From a virus (lineage: Duplodnaviria > Caudoviricetes): a stretch of 64,000 nucleotides of DNA. Positions 27,912 to 38,158 of this stretch are shown in pieces. The DNA is taken from IMG/VR virus record IMGVR_UViG_3300012667_000289, positions 7,794-71,793 of that record, one strand, 5' to 3'. A program made the position numbers and the translations under genes. The notes under the pieces are model-generated. The model saw only the letters and a list, made by a program, of their open reading frames with translations. It ran no database searches and was not told the DNA's origin. The stretch's first letter is position 1, and each line of letters begins with the position of its first letter.

Positions 27912-29084
27912 TTATTTTTTTGCTTGATTTTTCCACATTGCTGCGGCTGCAATCTTTTTGCCTTTTTCGCCGCCACCTGCTTTGGCTGCTACTTTATTAA
28001 AGCTCTTACCTGGCTTGCCAATATCTTTACCAGCAACTGCTTTCTTAGCTACAGAAGACTTTTCTTTTGCAGTCATTCCTGCACTTGGTTTTGCTTCCGA
28101 TACTGGCTTTTCTTTTTTAGCAGATAATTCTTTTCTCGCTTCTGCTTTAGTCATACCGTATTTCTTCTTGAAATCTGCATCGCTCATAGTTTTATCTTTA
28201 AGAGCAGCATCAAGTTCCTTTACTGCACCTTCGGATGTGCGCTTACTAGACCAAACTTTAGCACCTGCGTTTGCATTTTTTGCATCAACTGAATCTTGTG
28301 CATTTGATTGACCTGGACGCTTTTGTTTGCGGAGGTATGCAGGAACATCAACTTCTTTTGGGCCTTTGGCCTGCATAGTTGCGCCTTCTGCAATAAACTG
28401 CTCGTAATCGGCCATTAACTGTTTGAAAGTTGTTTCCATTGGTTTAGCAATTGGAAGACCTGCTTGGCGCTGGCGGTGATCACCGCTGTTGATATCGCCG
28501 AACTGTGCCATCGGATCTCCCATAACTTTTTCGTCTGGGCTCGAGTCATACATACGGTTATTGTCTTCTCCCATTTTTTCTTCATCGCCTTCACCGTCTG
28601 GTTCACCCGAATTCATAGAATCTCGATCTTGATCCGGCTCGCCAACAATAGCCATTAACTTGTGCATTTCCACATTTGGATCCATCTTGTGTCCCATTGC
28701 GCCACCCATAGGAGGTGCAGAAATCACAGTGCTAGGGCCAGCATCTGGACTGTCAACAGGCATATGATGAGGCTCAACTTTGCTTACCCCTGCAAGATTC
28801 ATAATGTCTTTTAACATACCTGTAAGTTCTTGACCACTGCCAGCAGTGATATTAATACTAGCAGACTGACCTCCGCCCATCATACCGCATTCGGCAATAG
28901 TATTTTTAAGGCCAGACAAATAGCGTAGGCTTTCTAAGTTTAAATTTTCCATAGTTTTCTCTTTCTGTTGACCACCGCGAATGGGGCTTGTTTTTTCTTT
29001 TTTAGATTTGTTTGTTTCGTTAACTACATTCGGGTTAACTGCATCAAGATCTGCTAATCGTTGCATCACATTGATCATTTTCAT
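27912..29084 (-). CDS. Hypothetical protein with basic Lys/Ala-rich C-terminus
   Basis: 390-aa ORF in head gene block. Confidence 0.7.
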   Translation of the reverse strand: MKMINVMQRLADLDAVNPNVVNETNKSKKEKTSPIRGGQQKEKTMENLNLESLRYLSGLKNTIAECGMMGGGQSASINITAGSGQELTGMLKDIMNLAGVSKVEPHHMPVDSPDAGPSTVISAPPMGGAMGHKMDPNVEMHKLMAIVGEPDQDRDSMNSGEPDGEGDEEKMGEDNNRMYDSSPDEKVMGDPMAQFGDINSGDHRQRQAGLPIAKPMETTFKQLMADYEQFIAEGATMQAKGPKEVDVPAYLRKQKRPGQSNAQDSVDAKNANAGAKVWSSKRTSEGAVKELDAALKDKTMSDADFKKKYGMTKAEARKELSAKKEKPVSEAKPSAGMTAKEKSSVAKKAVAGKDIGKPGKSFNKVAAKAGGGEKGKKIAAAAMWKNQAKK

Positions 29085-29668
29085 TTTTTGTTCCTAGTAG
29101 CTGGTTTTAACATAGTTGCTGTTCCAGCAGGACTGTCTGTATTAAATTTTGCAGCAGTAGTTTCTGGGATTTCTTCACCACGTTCTTTACGTTGAAGTTT
29201 TAAAATATCATTAAGTTCTTTGACAAATCCAGTATTATACTTGTCGCCATAAAAGTCTTCAAACTTTGCATTTGGGCTTTCTTTGTATTCGCTGTCAGTT
29301 AACAACGGTTCTGTGCGTTCTTCGACTGCTTCTTGTTGCGTCTCAGATGGTTCTCCTGGACGACGAACAACCAATGCGTCTTTGCTAATGCCCATATTAG
29401 AGCTTAGGTATTCGTGTAACTCCCAAGAAGTTGCAGGGTAATCTAGTGTTGTTTCGTAAATGCAAACTTCTGCATTTTTAATTTTTGGAAAATCTAACGG
29501 TAATTCTTGAATAGGGGTCTTGCCCGCTGATTTGAATCCCGATACTTGGAATTTTCCTAATAGTGCTTTCATAGTGTTTGCTTGCTCGGCTGTAAATTCT
29601 CCAGCAACTTTAATACGAAAATCGTATTTCTTTGCACTTTCTGAAAGATAATCTTTAAACTGTTTCAT
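29081..29668 (-). CDS. Hypothetical protein
   Basis: 195-aa ORF with late-promoter core upstream. Confidence 0.75.
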   Translation of the reverse strand: MKQFKDYLSESAKKYDFRIKVAGEFTAEQANTMKALLGKFQVSGFKSAGKTPIQELPLDFPKIKNAEVCIYETTLDYPATSWELHEYLSSNMGISKDALVVRRPGEPSETQQEAVEERTEPLLTDSEYKESPNAKFEDFYGDKYNTGFVKELNDILKLQRKERGEEIPETTAAKFNTDSPAGTATMLKPATRNKK

Positions 29669-29691
29669 GGTGGTGTTGTCCTATCTTTTAT

Positions 29692-30168
29692 TTATTTGAT
29701 ATTCTTAAGTTTTTCAAGAATGCTGTTACGATCTGTTAGAATGTAACCTTCTCCCTGAACTGCATCATTTCCGTCTTCTTGCCCGTGCTTTTTATCAATA
29801 GCCAGTTTCTTAAGTTGTAAGTCAACCATTTTAAGTTTCTTATCAATTTTATTAGTCTTGGCCTGTATAGCAGCACTTAACATAGTTGCTGCAACTTCAA
29901 ACATTCGAGCACCATAACGAGCTTCGACATTCATACCTAGATCCATTAGATCGTCATATGCCTGTTCTGCCTTAGCTGCAAGTCCATCTAATTCAACATC
30001 GCTCATATCGCCTAGCCCTTTTACACGGGGCAATGCTGCTGATATTTTATCAAACTCTTCTAATTTTTCTTGTAGATCAATAGTAGGAACACTAGTTGTT
30101 GCATCTGGAGCAATAACTGTTTCTTCTTTAATATCAATGTTTAGTATTTCTTCTAGACGCTTTGTCAT
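29692..30168 (-). CDS. Putative terminase small subunit
   Basis: Helical protein with ARMFEVAATML resembling T4-like gp16; near gp17 and gp4. Confidence 0.45.
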   Translation of the reverse strand: MTKRLEEILNIDIKEETVIAPDATTSVPTIDLQEKLEEFDKISAALPRVKGLGDMSDVELDGLAAKAEQAYDDLMDLGMNVEARYGARMFEVAATMLSAAIQAKTNKIDKKLKMVDLQLKKLAIDKKHGQEDGNDAVQGEGYILTDRNSILEKLKNIK

Positions 30169-30605
30169 TTCTTTTTACCTGTGTGATATAGTTCGTTTTC
30201 TGTAATGATTCTAAAGTTTATATTGTTCTGCTTGCACCAATTTTGTGCTGATGCCCATTTTACCATATTTCGAACATACTGTGCTTGATCATACTTATTT
30301 TTTCCAACACTTTCTTTAAATGCTTGTTTGGCGGGCTTTACTTCCCAAAGCTCTGCACGTTTTCTTTTATTATTGTCCACAAATATCACTAAAAAATCTG
30401 GAACATATACAGTTTGTTTTCCAGTTAAAGGATCTTTGTATGGTATTTTGATGCTTTCGCTTGCCCATTGATGAATGGCAGGATTGTTATCGCACATGGT
30501 CATTACACTTAATTCCCAACTCGATCTATATTTAGGTTTGCCGACACCTACATATTTGTCGGGGTTCTGTACTTCATAAAAACCTTGACTATATTTTAAA
30601 CTCAT
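30165..30605 (-). CDS. 4: Head completion nuclease (T4 gp4-like)
   Basis: NPDKYVG..KYRSSWE, YVPDF and EVKP PD-(D/E)xK motifs. Confidence 0.85.
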   Translation of the reverse strand: MSLKYSQGFYEVQNPDKYVGVGKPKYRSSWELSVMTMCDNNPAIHQWASESIKIPYKDPLTGKQTVYVPDFLVIFVDNNKRKRAELWEVKPAKQAFKESVGKNKYDQAQYVRNMVKWASAQNWCKQNNINFRIITENELYHTGKKK

Positions 30606-30973
30606 GGTAATATATTTCTCACAACGTCGTCTGCAGGGGAATATAATTGACTAATTCCTAAACTGCTGGTTTTAAAACGATTATAATTTAAAATTTCTGC
30701 AACTAATCCGCTTATTTCTACATTGCTGAGTCCAGTTAATGTATCCATTATTTGCATAGGATTATAATTATCTTTCTTAGCTTGTTTAAGAATAACAAGG
30801 GCAGTTGATTCGGCAGAATCTTTGTCAAAACCTCGATTTTCAAAAAAACCAACCATAGCAATTAATTCATTATTATTAAGATCAATAGGTGCTTGAAAAT
30901 ATTGATCAAATACCTTTACCGTAAGATCAGAATTTGATTCGGCCCTAGTTTGAGGTATATTATTGTAAGACAT
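30602..30973 (-). CDS. Hypothetical protein
   Basis: ORF track, operon position. Confidence 0.7.
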   Translation of the reverse strand: MSYNNIPQTRAESNSDLTVKVFDQYFQAPIDLNNNELIAMVGFFENRGFDKDSAESTALVILKQAKKDNYNPMQIMDTLTGLSNVEISGLVAEILNYNRFKTSSLGISQLYSPADDVVRNILP

Positions 30974-30974
30974 G

Positions 30975-32189
30975 TTAGCCTCCTAATTTTTTAGCAACTG
31001 CAAATACAGTGTTAGAAACACTGGTATTACTTCCGTTAAATAAATTTATCCCTGCTGGACTAACTACCTGGTTTAATCCGGACATTACTCCTTGATAAAC
31101 TTTACTTGTAGCAGATGGAGTAGAAGATATAGAACCGTCAACATTTTGAATTGTGCTCGGAGCAGAAGCAACATTAGCTAATGTGCTATTTAAAATGCTG
31201 TATCCTTCTGCCTTGATACTAGCCGCCGAAACATTCTTGACATTCTTAACTAAATTAGCCCCTTTGATTGCAGTATTTAAAATATCTAAAGGACTAGCAG
31301 TTCCGCTAGCAATGCTTGCTAAATTACCAAAGACTTCGCCTGCGCCATTTATAATTCCACCTTCACCAAAAATACTGTTATTACCTTTTCCGCCGATACG
31401 CAACGGACTTGGAGTATTATCGTAATGGTGCGTAGTAAATCCAGGATTTTGTTTAGTAACTCGATTAGTTGCATCGGTGTTGTAAACAACAGTTTCGTAA
31501 TCTACTGTCATTTTACTAGTCAGCATTTTATTACCCTGTGTTTGATCCAATTGATCATGTGCCCATTCTTTAATTACAGGATTAACTAATTTAAATGATG
31601 TAAATCTTTGTTTATGCAATTGATAAACATCAATTGATGTGAAAAAAGGAATGCGTGTTTTTTGCCCATTACTTAACCCATAAAAACTATTATTAGGGTC
31701 TACGTAGTCTTTATATTTGGTATCTTGGTATTTTGCATCTACATTTGTTTTACTAACACTGTCTGCAATATTATATTGATAGTAATATTTCCACATATCA
31801 GTTGTAGCATTAGCCATATCGTCGTGAAATGTGATAGCTACAGGAGAATACGTAAGTTGTTTTTGAACTACTACCTTTCTATTATACTGATTTAAAATTT
31901 CAGTCTGCATTGTAAATTTTGGAAGATCTACCTGTTTGGCTAAGAGCCCAACAGTTCCTTTATATTTCGTAATCCAAGATTGAAAGTTTTTTCGAAACGT
32001 AGTATCTGAAATAGCATCTGTGGTTAGTAGTGCTGGATTTACATTTAATACAACATAATAAATCCAACCAGCTTTAGGAGCAAGTTCGTAAAAATTACTA
32101 ACATAAAGTCTAGAAGCGTGTTGGTAATCTCGTAGATCACCTGAGCCGTCTAAGACGCCGCCGAGGAAGTTTGAAAATGCATTTGACAT
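30975..32189 (-). CDS. Tail tube initiator/baseplate protein (gp48/gp54-like)
   Basis: VDLPKF..LNQYNRK..ITFHDD tube-like motif, directly after tail tube. Confidence 0.65.
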   Translation of the reverse strand: MSNAFSNFLGGVLDGSGDLRDYQHASRLYVSNFYELAPKAGWIYYVVLNVNPALLTTDAISDTTFRKNFQSWITKYKGTVGLLAKQVDLPKFTMQTEILNQYNRKVVVQKQLTYSPVAITFHDDMANATTDMWKYYYQYNIADSVSKTNVDAKYQDTKYKDYVDPNNSFYGLSNGQKTRIPFFTSIDVYQLHKQRFTSFKLVNPVIKEWAHDQLDQTQGNKMLTSKMTVDYETVVYNTDATNRVTKQNPGFTTHHYDNTPSPLRIGGKGNNSIFGEGGIINGAGEVFGNLASIASGTASPLDILNTAIKGANLVKNVKNVSAASIKAEGYSILNSTLANVASAPSTIQNVDGSISSTPSATSKVYQGVMSGLNQVVSPAGINLFNGSNTSVSNTVFAVAKKLGG

Positions 32190-32206
32190 AGCATTATTTA
32201 GTCGTT

Positions 32207-32231
32207 AAAAAAGGGCGTATAAAACGCCCTT
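32207..32231 (-). terminator. Intrinsic terminator after tail tube gene
   Basis: Minus strand aagggcgt-tttat-acgccctttttt. Confidence 0.75.
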
Positions 32232-32248
32232 GTTTGTAGTTAAATTGA

Positions 32249-32875
32249 TTAACCGGTTGCCAATGTACGAATTGTACGACCAACTGATGCACCAATACCA
32301 GTAGGTGTACCTGCTGCATTGACTTGGATAGCGTTGTCATAACGAATGTTCATTGTAATAGTTAATGGATCACTCTTAGAATAATCTGTTCCCATGTATT
32401 CGCTCTTTTGTAAGTAGCAACCATACATTTCCCAAGATTCAAGAACTACTGGCTCATACGCACCGTTGCCGCCGTCGAGCAATTCAACTTTTGTAGTAAA
32501 CTTGTAATCAATACCACTAGCAGCAGAACTTTGTTCAAAGAAATCAAACTGTTTCTGAACTTGTTCGCCAACTAGTTTGCTTACTGCACCAGTTACATCG
32601 TCACGCACAACGACACTGATATCATTCCACTTTGGTTTACCAGCCATTTTAATACGGCTGTTATAAACATCTAATGTAATGTCATCAAATTCAACAGATG
32701 GGCGTCCAGCTGTTACAACTTGTTTTGTTAGCTCAGTTGTTGGTTTGCTGACACCAAGATTCTCAAATAATACTCTGAAGCGATATGATAGCTTCGGCAT
32801 TAACAAGCCTTGGTTGCCTGCACTTTGGTCCCCTTGTAGGGGAACCCCTAATTTACTTAAACTGGAAATTGCCAT
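32249..32875 (-). CDS. 19: Tail tube protein (gp19-like)
   Basis: MPKLSYRFRV, AGKPKWNDI..RDD and ITMNIRYDNA; follows sheath. Confidence 0.85.
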   Translation of the reverse strand: MAISSLSKLGVPLQGDQSAGNQGLLMPKLSYRFRVLFENLGVSKPTTELTKQVVTAGRPSVEFDDITLDVYNSRIKMAGKPKWNDISVVVRDDVTGAVSKLVGEQVQKQFDFFEQSSAASGIDYKFTTKVELLDGGNGAYEPVVLESWEMYGCYLQKSEYMGTDYSKSDPLTITMNIRYDNAIQVNAAGTPTGIGASVGRTIRTLATG

Positions 32876-32908
32876 CTAAGTGCTCCTTATTCTTTATAAT
32901 ATTTACCA

Positions 32909-35900
32909 TTATAGACCGGCCTTGATATCACCAGTATTTTTCAAGCGTAGTGGAATGTAAATGAATTCCACAGCCTTAACTGGCTCAATAGCAATATCCA
33001 TCCATAGTTCGCTGCGATCAATTCTAGCGTTAGTGTTGTTAGACTCGTCACATACAACAATAAAGTCATACAATGCACGTTGTCCTACTAGTTCTAACAT
33101 TAGGCTTTCTGCTGCTGCCTTGATTTCGTTACGAGTGATTCTGTCGTTTGGTTCAAATAAGAACGGACGAGCAAGAATAGTCAACTGTCTACGTAGATAA
33201 ACTACTAAACGAGCAACGTTCATTCTATCCAATGCACTTGCATTTCTAGCGCGAGTATAGTTACCAAAGTTAACTAAACCTACACCAGGGAATGTTGCAA
33301 TTGGGTTAACTTTAACACCTGCTAGAACGTCACGAAGACCTTCATGAAGTGCAACTGTTTTGAATTCACCATTTAGCAAATATCCAACGCTAGTAGCGTT
33401 ATCAACACCACCGCGACGTGTGCCTGCTGGAGCAAACCATTGGTAGCTCTTAGCATCACTGTTGGCAATTGTGCGCATCATCATGTGACTTGCTGGAACA
33501 ACAATACTATTTCCAGTGTTGTCGTTTGTAAAACCACTTGGGTAGAACATTGCCATATATTCATCGCTACTTACTGCACCATCATCACCGTTGTCAAATG
33601 CTAGTGCATTGTTATTGCCCCAGTTTGATAATTCAGTACCAGTAGGTGCTAAACGGAACGGTGTATCACCTAATACAAAAGCAGTTTGTCCACGATCTGC
33701 ATTAAATGCAATCATGTTCTGAATGGCTTCAGGGTATCCAGGTGTAGCAATCAAGTTGAATACTAATGTATCAGTATCGCGAATTGCTTGATTTGTATCA
33801 ATAACTGCCTTAAATGCCGATACAACAAATCTACGTTGTGCGTGACGACCGAAGCTACCTGCACCAGTTTCTTGATTAGGACTTACTGTGATCCAACGAT
33901 CTGCAACATATTCGTTGCCAACAGTATTCATCACTTCGTCGTTATAACGAGTATTTTTACCGTCATTAGCATAGATGTTAATATGATCAACTACATACTT
34001 CTTGACGTTAAATCCGCTACGGCGTAGGTTCCATAGGCGCATACCTTGTGGATATAATGCTGGATCAGGAGCATCTGGGTCTAAATAATTACTTGCTAAC
34101 AATGCTTTGATTGTGCTAGGCTCAGTTGCTTGACCACTGGTTGCCCAACGTGCATCAGCAAATAACCATCCATCAGGAGTAGTTTGATCAGTAGCATCTT
34201 GAGCAATCCACTTTAGTGTAGTTGCATTCCAAACATAGATGCGTTCTCCATATTGCTCAATGTCAGCTGTGCTAATCCAAATATCTCCATCTACTAGAGC
34301 AAAGTCGCCACCGTGTCCGCCAACTTGTTGAGTTGGAGCAAGTGCGCTAACAATAGGACCGTTAGAGTCGCTGTTAGGGAATGCCGTTGCATCTCTGTAG
34401 CCAACCCAAGTAGTGCCATTGTGATACATGACATCAACTTCGTCAACTACTGAACTATACCAAAGTTGGCCGTCAGCCGGATTTGTGTATGGTGCAGAAG
34501 CTTTTGCTTCGTATACCAATGGCTTCCAATTACTTGCACGTAATGTGAATCCGTCAGCTTCGTAATCGCCGGTTGCATACAAGTTTGCAGTACCAGTCTT
34601 AGTGCTCATATTATAAGCAGTAAATCCTAGTGTTGCGATAGTGCCAGTAGTAACATCGACCATCTTGAAGTCTCCGCCTAACTTGTGGCTTAGACTAAAC
34701 GAATTTGTTGTTGCATCATAGCTGGCAACAATATTAGTTCCTGCTGATGCACTAACTGCCGAAACTACATCAACCATAGTGCTTCCACCTGGAATAGTAA
34801 CGCTAAATGCAGTACCAAATGCAGTATCTCCTGCTAAAGTTTCTTTAATTTGGAAAGTTGCATTGGTGTTAGTGCTTAAAGTTCCTGGAGTTCCAGTAAT
34901 AGTTGTGGCTCCAGTTGCAGTGCGACGATATAATTTAAATTCTGCTAATTTAACAGAAGAAGTCGATGCACCAGTTCCGCGATCGTAATTACTGTCAACA
35001 AATAATGTACCAGCAGCAATACTCTTACCGCCCGATTTGTCTAGATCATAGATGGCAGCTTCTGATCCTGCGTAGATCGGAGTAGTAACTGTTCCCCAGC
35101 TTTGTGTAGAACCATTGTAGAATTTAACTAACCAATTGGCACCACTGTTAGGTGTTGTTGTCTTAACATAAACACTACCCGATGCATTGCCATTTGTAGA
35201 ATATTGAGGGAATCGAGTGTGAGTATCAATAGTTAATGCTACACTACCAAATGTGCCCACTGTTAGACCCAACGATGCAATAACTCCAGAACTTACGTCT
35301 GCTAATGTGATTTTACCATCTTCAGCAGCTCCGTCTGATTTTGCACTTGCATCAGCGTAGAGTGCTAATTTGCCATTAACGACTCTTGCACCAACTCCCT
35401 TGTTATACATAACAGTGTTGATGCTGGTTGCAACACCAGCTGCTGATACATCTGTGCCTAATGTAATAATGTTATCATTAATAGATAACTGAACACTTGC
35501 TGTAGATACTGCGTTGAATCCAGTGCTGGCTACAACTGGCCAGCTAGTTTGCCAGCAAGAACTTGCAAATGTCGAAACGCCTGAAGAAAAGTTAGCTTCA
35601 CTATTAGATCCAACTACTACCCAAACGCTGTCGCTGTTTTTAAACCATAGTTGGTTAGTATTTTCACTGGTTACAGTAATAGCGTAGTCACCTTTGGTAC
35701 CAAAACTAGCCTTAGGAGACCATGTGTCTGCGTCTAAGTCAGCAACGGTAGTTTTGTTATCGTTATCGATAACTAATGGGGTTTTATTAACAAATACTTT
35801 GTTAACTTTATCCCACTCACCGACGCCGTATAAGCTATCGTTAGTGTCAACCCAATAAGTGCCACTCATTGGCATACCGGTTGGTGTAGAAGCAGCTGGT

Positions 35901-36262
35901 ACTAATTGTGCTAGATCAACATCTGCACGAGTAATGTATGCTTTAGAGCTAACGCCCAATAAGCTATATGCTGCTTGTAGACCATACTCGTTTAATTCTC
36001 CACCGTGCACTGGATTACCACTAGCATCTGTATAGAATACTGGTGTACCAAATGTGTCGGTTAGATCACGTTGACTTGTAATAGTCCAAACTTTACCTGC
36101 ATTAGCTGCAAGTGTGCCCGGTGCTGTACCGGTGCCGCTTGCATTAGATTTGTCAGCAGCAGATGCTACAAAAATTAAAGGAACTGTTCCTGGGGCAGCG
36201 GGTGTATAGAAGGATTCATCTATTACTGTTACGCTTACGCCTGGTGAATTTAGTGTTGCCAT
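32909..36262 (-). CDS. 18: Tail sheath protein (gp18-like) with large insertion
   Basis: SPGVSVTVIDES N-terminus; WFAPAGTRRG, RMNVARL and FEPND..TR C-terminus. Confidence 0.93.
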   Translation of the reverse strand: MATLNSPGVSVTVIDESFYTPAAPGTVPLIFVASAADKSNASGTGTAPGTLAANAGKVWTITSQRDLTDTFGTPVFYTDASGNPVHGGELNEYGLQAAYSLLGVSSKAYITRADVDLAQLVPAASTPTGMPMSGTYWVDTNDSLYGVGEWDKVNKVFVNKTPLVIDNDNKTTVADLDADTWSPKASFGTKGDYAITVTSENTNQLWFKNSDSVWVVVGSNSEANFSSGVSTFASSCWQTSWPVVASTGFNAVSTASVQLSINDNIITLGTDVSAAGVATSINTVMYNKGVGARVVNGKLALYADASAKSDGAAEDGKITLADVSSGVIASLGLTVGTFGSVALTIDTHTRFPQYSTNGNASGSVYVKTTTPNSGANWLVKFYNGSTQSWGTVTTPIYAGSEAAIYDLDKSGGKSIAAGTLFVDSNYDRGTGASTSSVKLAEFKLYRRTATGATTITGTPGTLSTNTNATFQIKETLAGDTAFGTAFSVTIPGGSTMVDVVSAVSASAGTNIVASYDATTNSFSLSHKLGGDFKMVDVTTGTIATLGFTAYNMSTKTGTANLYATGDYEADGFTLRASNWKPLVYEAKASAPYTNPADGQLWYSSVVDEVDVMYHNGTTWVGYRDATAFPNSDSNGPIVSALAPTQQVGGHGGDFALVDGDIWISTADIEQYGERIYVWNATTLKWIAQDATDQTTPDGWLFADARWATSGQATEPSTIKALLASNYLDPDAPDPALYPQGMRLWNLRRSGFNVKKYVVDHINIYANDGKNTRYNDEVMNTVGNEYVADRWITVSPNQETGAGSFGRHAQRRFVVSAFKAVIDTNQAIRDTDTLVFNLIATPGYPEAIQNMIAFNADRGQTAFVLGDTPFRLAPTGTELSNWGNNNALAFDNGDDGAVSSDEYMAMFYPSGFTNDNTGNSIVVPASHMMMRTIANSDAKSYQWFAPAGTRRGGVDNATSVGYLLNGEFKTVALHEGLRDVLAGVKVNPIATFPGVGLVNFGNYTRARNASALDRMNVARLVVYLRRQLTILARPFLFEPNDRITRNEIKAAAESLMLELVGQRALYDFIVVCDESNNTNARIDRSELWMDIAIEPVKAVEFIYIPLRLKNTGDIKAGL

Positions 36263-36367
36263 TTATCAATCTCCTCAATGGATTACTTGTTTTTATTTAG
36301 TGACAACCCCGGTTTTTTACCAAGTTAACTACCACACAAAGGGCACTTAAAAGGGCGTAAATACAGT

Positions 36368-36703
36368 ATGAGAAAACTTTGTAAGACGTGCAGTTCAAGA
36401 CCAGTAGCAATAAACTACTATAAAGAAGGCAAACCTCACTATAGATCACAGTGCGATCATTGCTCTCGAACTGCTAAAGAGGGAATCCCGCGTTGGGCAA
36501 AGACGGGATATAAAAAGAAAGATAAATGCGATCGTTGTGGATATTTGAGCAAACACCCACAACAATTTAATGTCTATCATATTGACGGCAATTTAAACAA
36601 CTGCCGTTATAATAATCTCAAGACAGTTTGTGCCAATTGCCAACGGCTACTTCATACGCTACATCTACCGTGGCGCCAGGGTGATTTATCACCAGATTTT
36701 TAA
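36368..36703 (+). CDS. Zn-binding HNH endonuclease-like protein
   Basis: CDRCG, HIDGNLNNCRYNNLKTVCANC. Confidence 0.75.
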   Translation: MRKLCKTCSSRPVAINYYKEGKPHYRSQCDHCSRTAKEGIPRWAKTGYKKKDKCDRCGYLSKHPQQFNVYHIDGNLNNCRYNNLKTVCANCQRLLHTLHLPWRQGDLSPDF

Positions 36704-37316
36704 TTTGATCAAATAGTTCGTCGATAGTACCGTCATTAGAAATAACGTGATCAATATCTCCGCCGACCCAACTAGTTTCGCTTGCGTGAATCTTTAAATG
36801 TTCTAATTTAGATTTACTCAAACTCCATGTAGGATTTGAAACAGGACCTTTGTTATTGCTAATAGCTGCTTCAAACCATTCGGGTTCGTCGCCTCGTTTA
36901 ACTCTAACAACTATTCCGCCTGCATTATGAATAGCAGTAATTTCGTTTGGAAAACGCACATCGCTAATAACAATATTATCCTTAGTTTTACGCATTTTAT
37001 TTTCTAAACTTGCAATCCAAATATCGTCATGAAATCCCACACGACATACTTCCGTGCCCCATAGTTGCAACATCAGTCGCGGTGTTAGTTTAGGCATATT
37101 CAATCGTTCTGCCCACCACGGATCAACTTGCTCTCTCCACTCTCGTGCTTCTTTTGTGCGCCCCTCCAGCAGAACGCGGTCCCAACCAAATACAGCTGAA
37201 ACCGCGTCTTTTAATGTGTTGGCAAATGAATCTCTCCGGAAGCCGTGAAAGTTAACCAAATAATCAGCAGCAGTATCTTTTCCAGCGCCGATTAAACCTA
37301 CAAAACCTACAATCAT
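36618..37316 (-). CDS. 1: Deoxynucleoside monophosphate kinase (T4 gp1-like)
   Basis: GLIGAGKDT, SFANTLKD, LQLWGTE, ISDVRFPNE and HASE motifs. Confidence 0.9.
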   Translation of the reverse strand: MIVGFVGLIGAGKDTAADYLVNFHGFRRDSFANTLKDAVSAVFGWDRVLLEGRTKEAREWREQVDPWWAERLNMPKLTPRLMLQLWGTEVCRVGFHDDIWIASLENKMRKTKDNIVISDVRFPNEITAIHNAGGIVVRVKRGDEPEWFEAAISNNKGPVSNPTWSLSKSKLEHLKIHASETSWVGGDIDHVISNDGTIDELFDQIKNLVINHPGATVDVAYEVAVGNWHKLS

Positions 37317-37371
37317 AGTATTTCTCCAATACTATAATTTATTACATTTATGTTACTGTGTCAATATTATT

Positions 37372-38130
37372 TTAGCCAATTACAAATGTCATAGGTTGCT
37401 GATTATCGTAGTTTGTGGACAATTCTAAATCAAGTTTTTCAATCATTGCTACACCTTCTGCTTTCATTGCGGTGCCATTCATTGTAGTAGGTCCCTGTGG
37501 GCCGACTACGCTACCAAACTTTTCACGAGCTTCGCCTAACATAATCTTGCATTGTGCCAGTGCATAATCTTTAACCCAAATTCCGCCGTAAGTATCTTGA
37601 AATAGGCTAAAATCTGGACGATAATTATACATCCATAATACAACACTTTCTTCTGTTCGAGGACGTTGGCTAATACGTAGTTTCTTACTAGTTGGGTTAA
37701 AGTCAAAGTTGATAAAACTACCAAACATTTTACCCACTAAGTTTTGATAACTGGCAAATGCCATGTAAGTTGCTAGTCCGCCCATGTTGCTGCTAGATAA
37801 CAAATAAGTGTTAGTGTATGCCAAGTTGAACGGTTCAAACAATGATCCACCGTCGCCGCCGCCTGATCTACTACCAATGCTGCGTCTAAAAATCTGACGA
37901 ACTCCCATAACTTCTTTAGGAAGAATGTAGTCGTTTTGATCAACTTGCAGTGTCATAAATCCAAAACTTTCTTCCGTAGAATTTTGACTGCGTTGTCGAT
38001 ATCTAGCAAGTGCTTTATCAATAGCAGTATTATAGTGGATCGGATCTAATTCCACATCTATCATACCGGATCCTAACATCGCACTGATGTAATCAATGAC
38101 TTTTTGGCGTTCGTTTTCTAGTTCATTCAT
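37372..38130 (-). CDS. 13: Neck protein (gp13-like)
   Basis: LGSGMIDVELD, WVKDYALAQCK..GEAREKF; start moved to ATG 38130. Confidence 0.8.
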   Translation of the reverse strand: MNELENERQKVIDYISAMLGSGMIDVELDPIHYNTAIDKALARYRQRSQNSTEESFGFMTLQVDQNDYILPKEVMGVRQIFRRSIGSRSGGGDGGSLFEPFNLAYTNTYLLSSSNMGGLATYMAFASYQNLVGKMFGSFINFDFNPTSKKLRISQRPRTEESVVLWMYNYRPDFSLFQDTYGGIWVKDYALAQCKIMLGEAREKFGSVVGPQGPTTMNGTAMKAEGVAMIEKLDLELSTNYDNQQPMTFVIG

Positions 38131-38158
38131 ACTGATATTTAGCCATAAATAGTAGACT

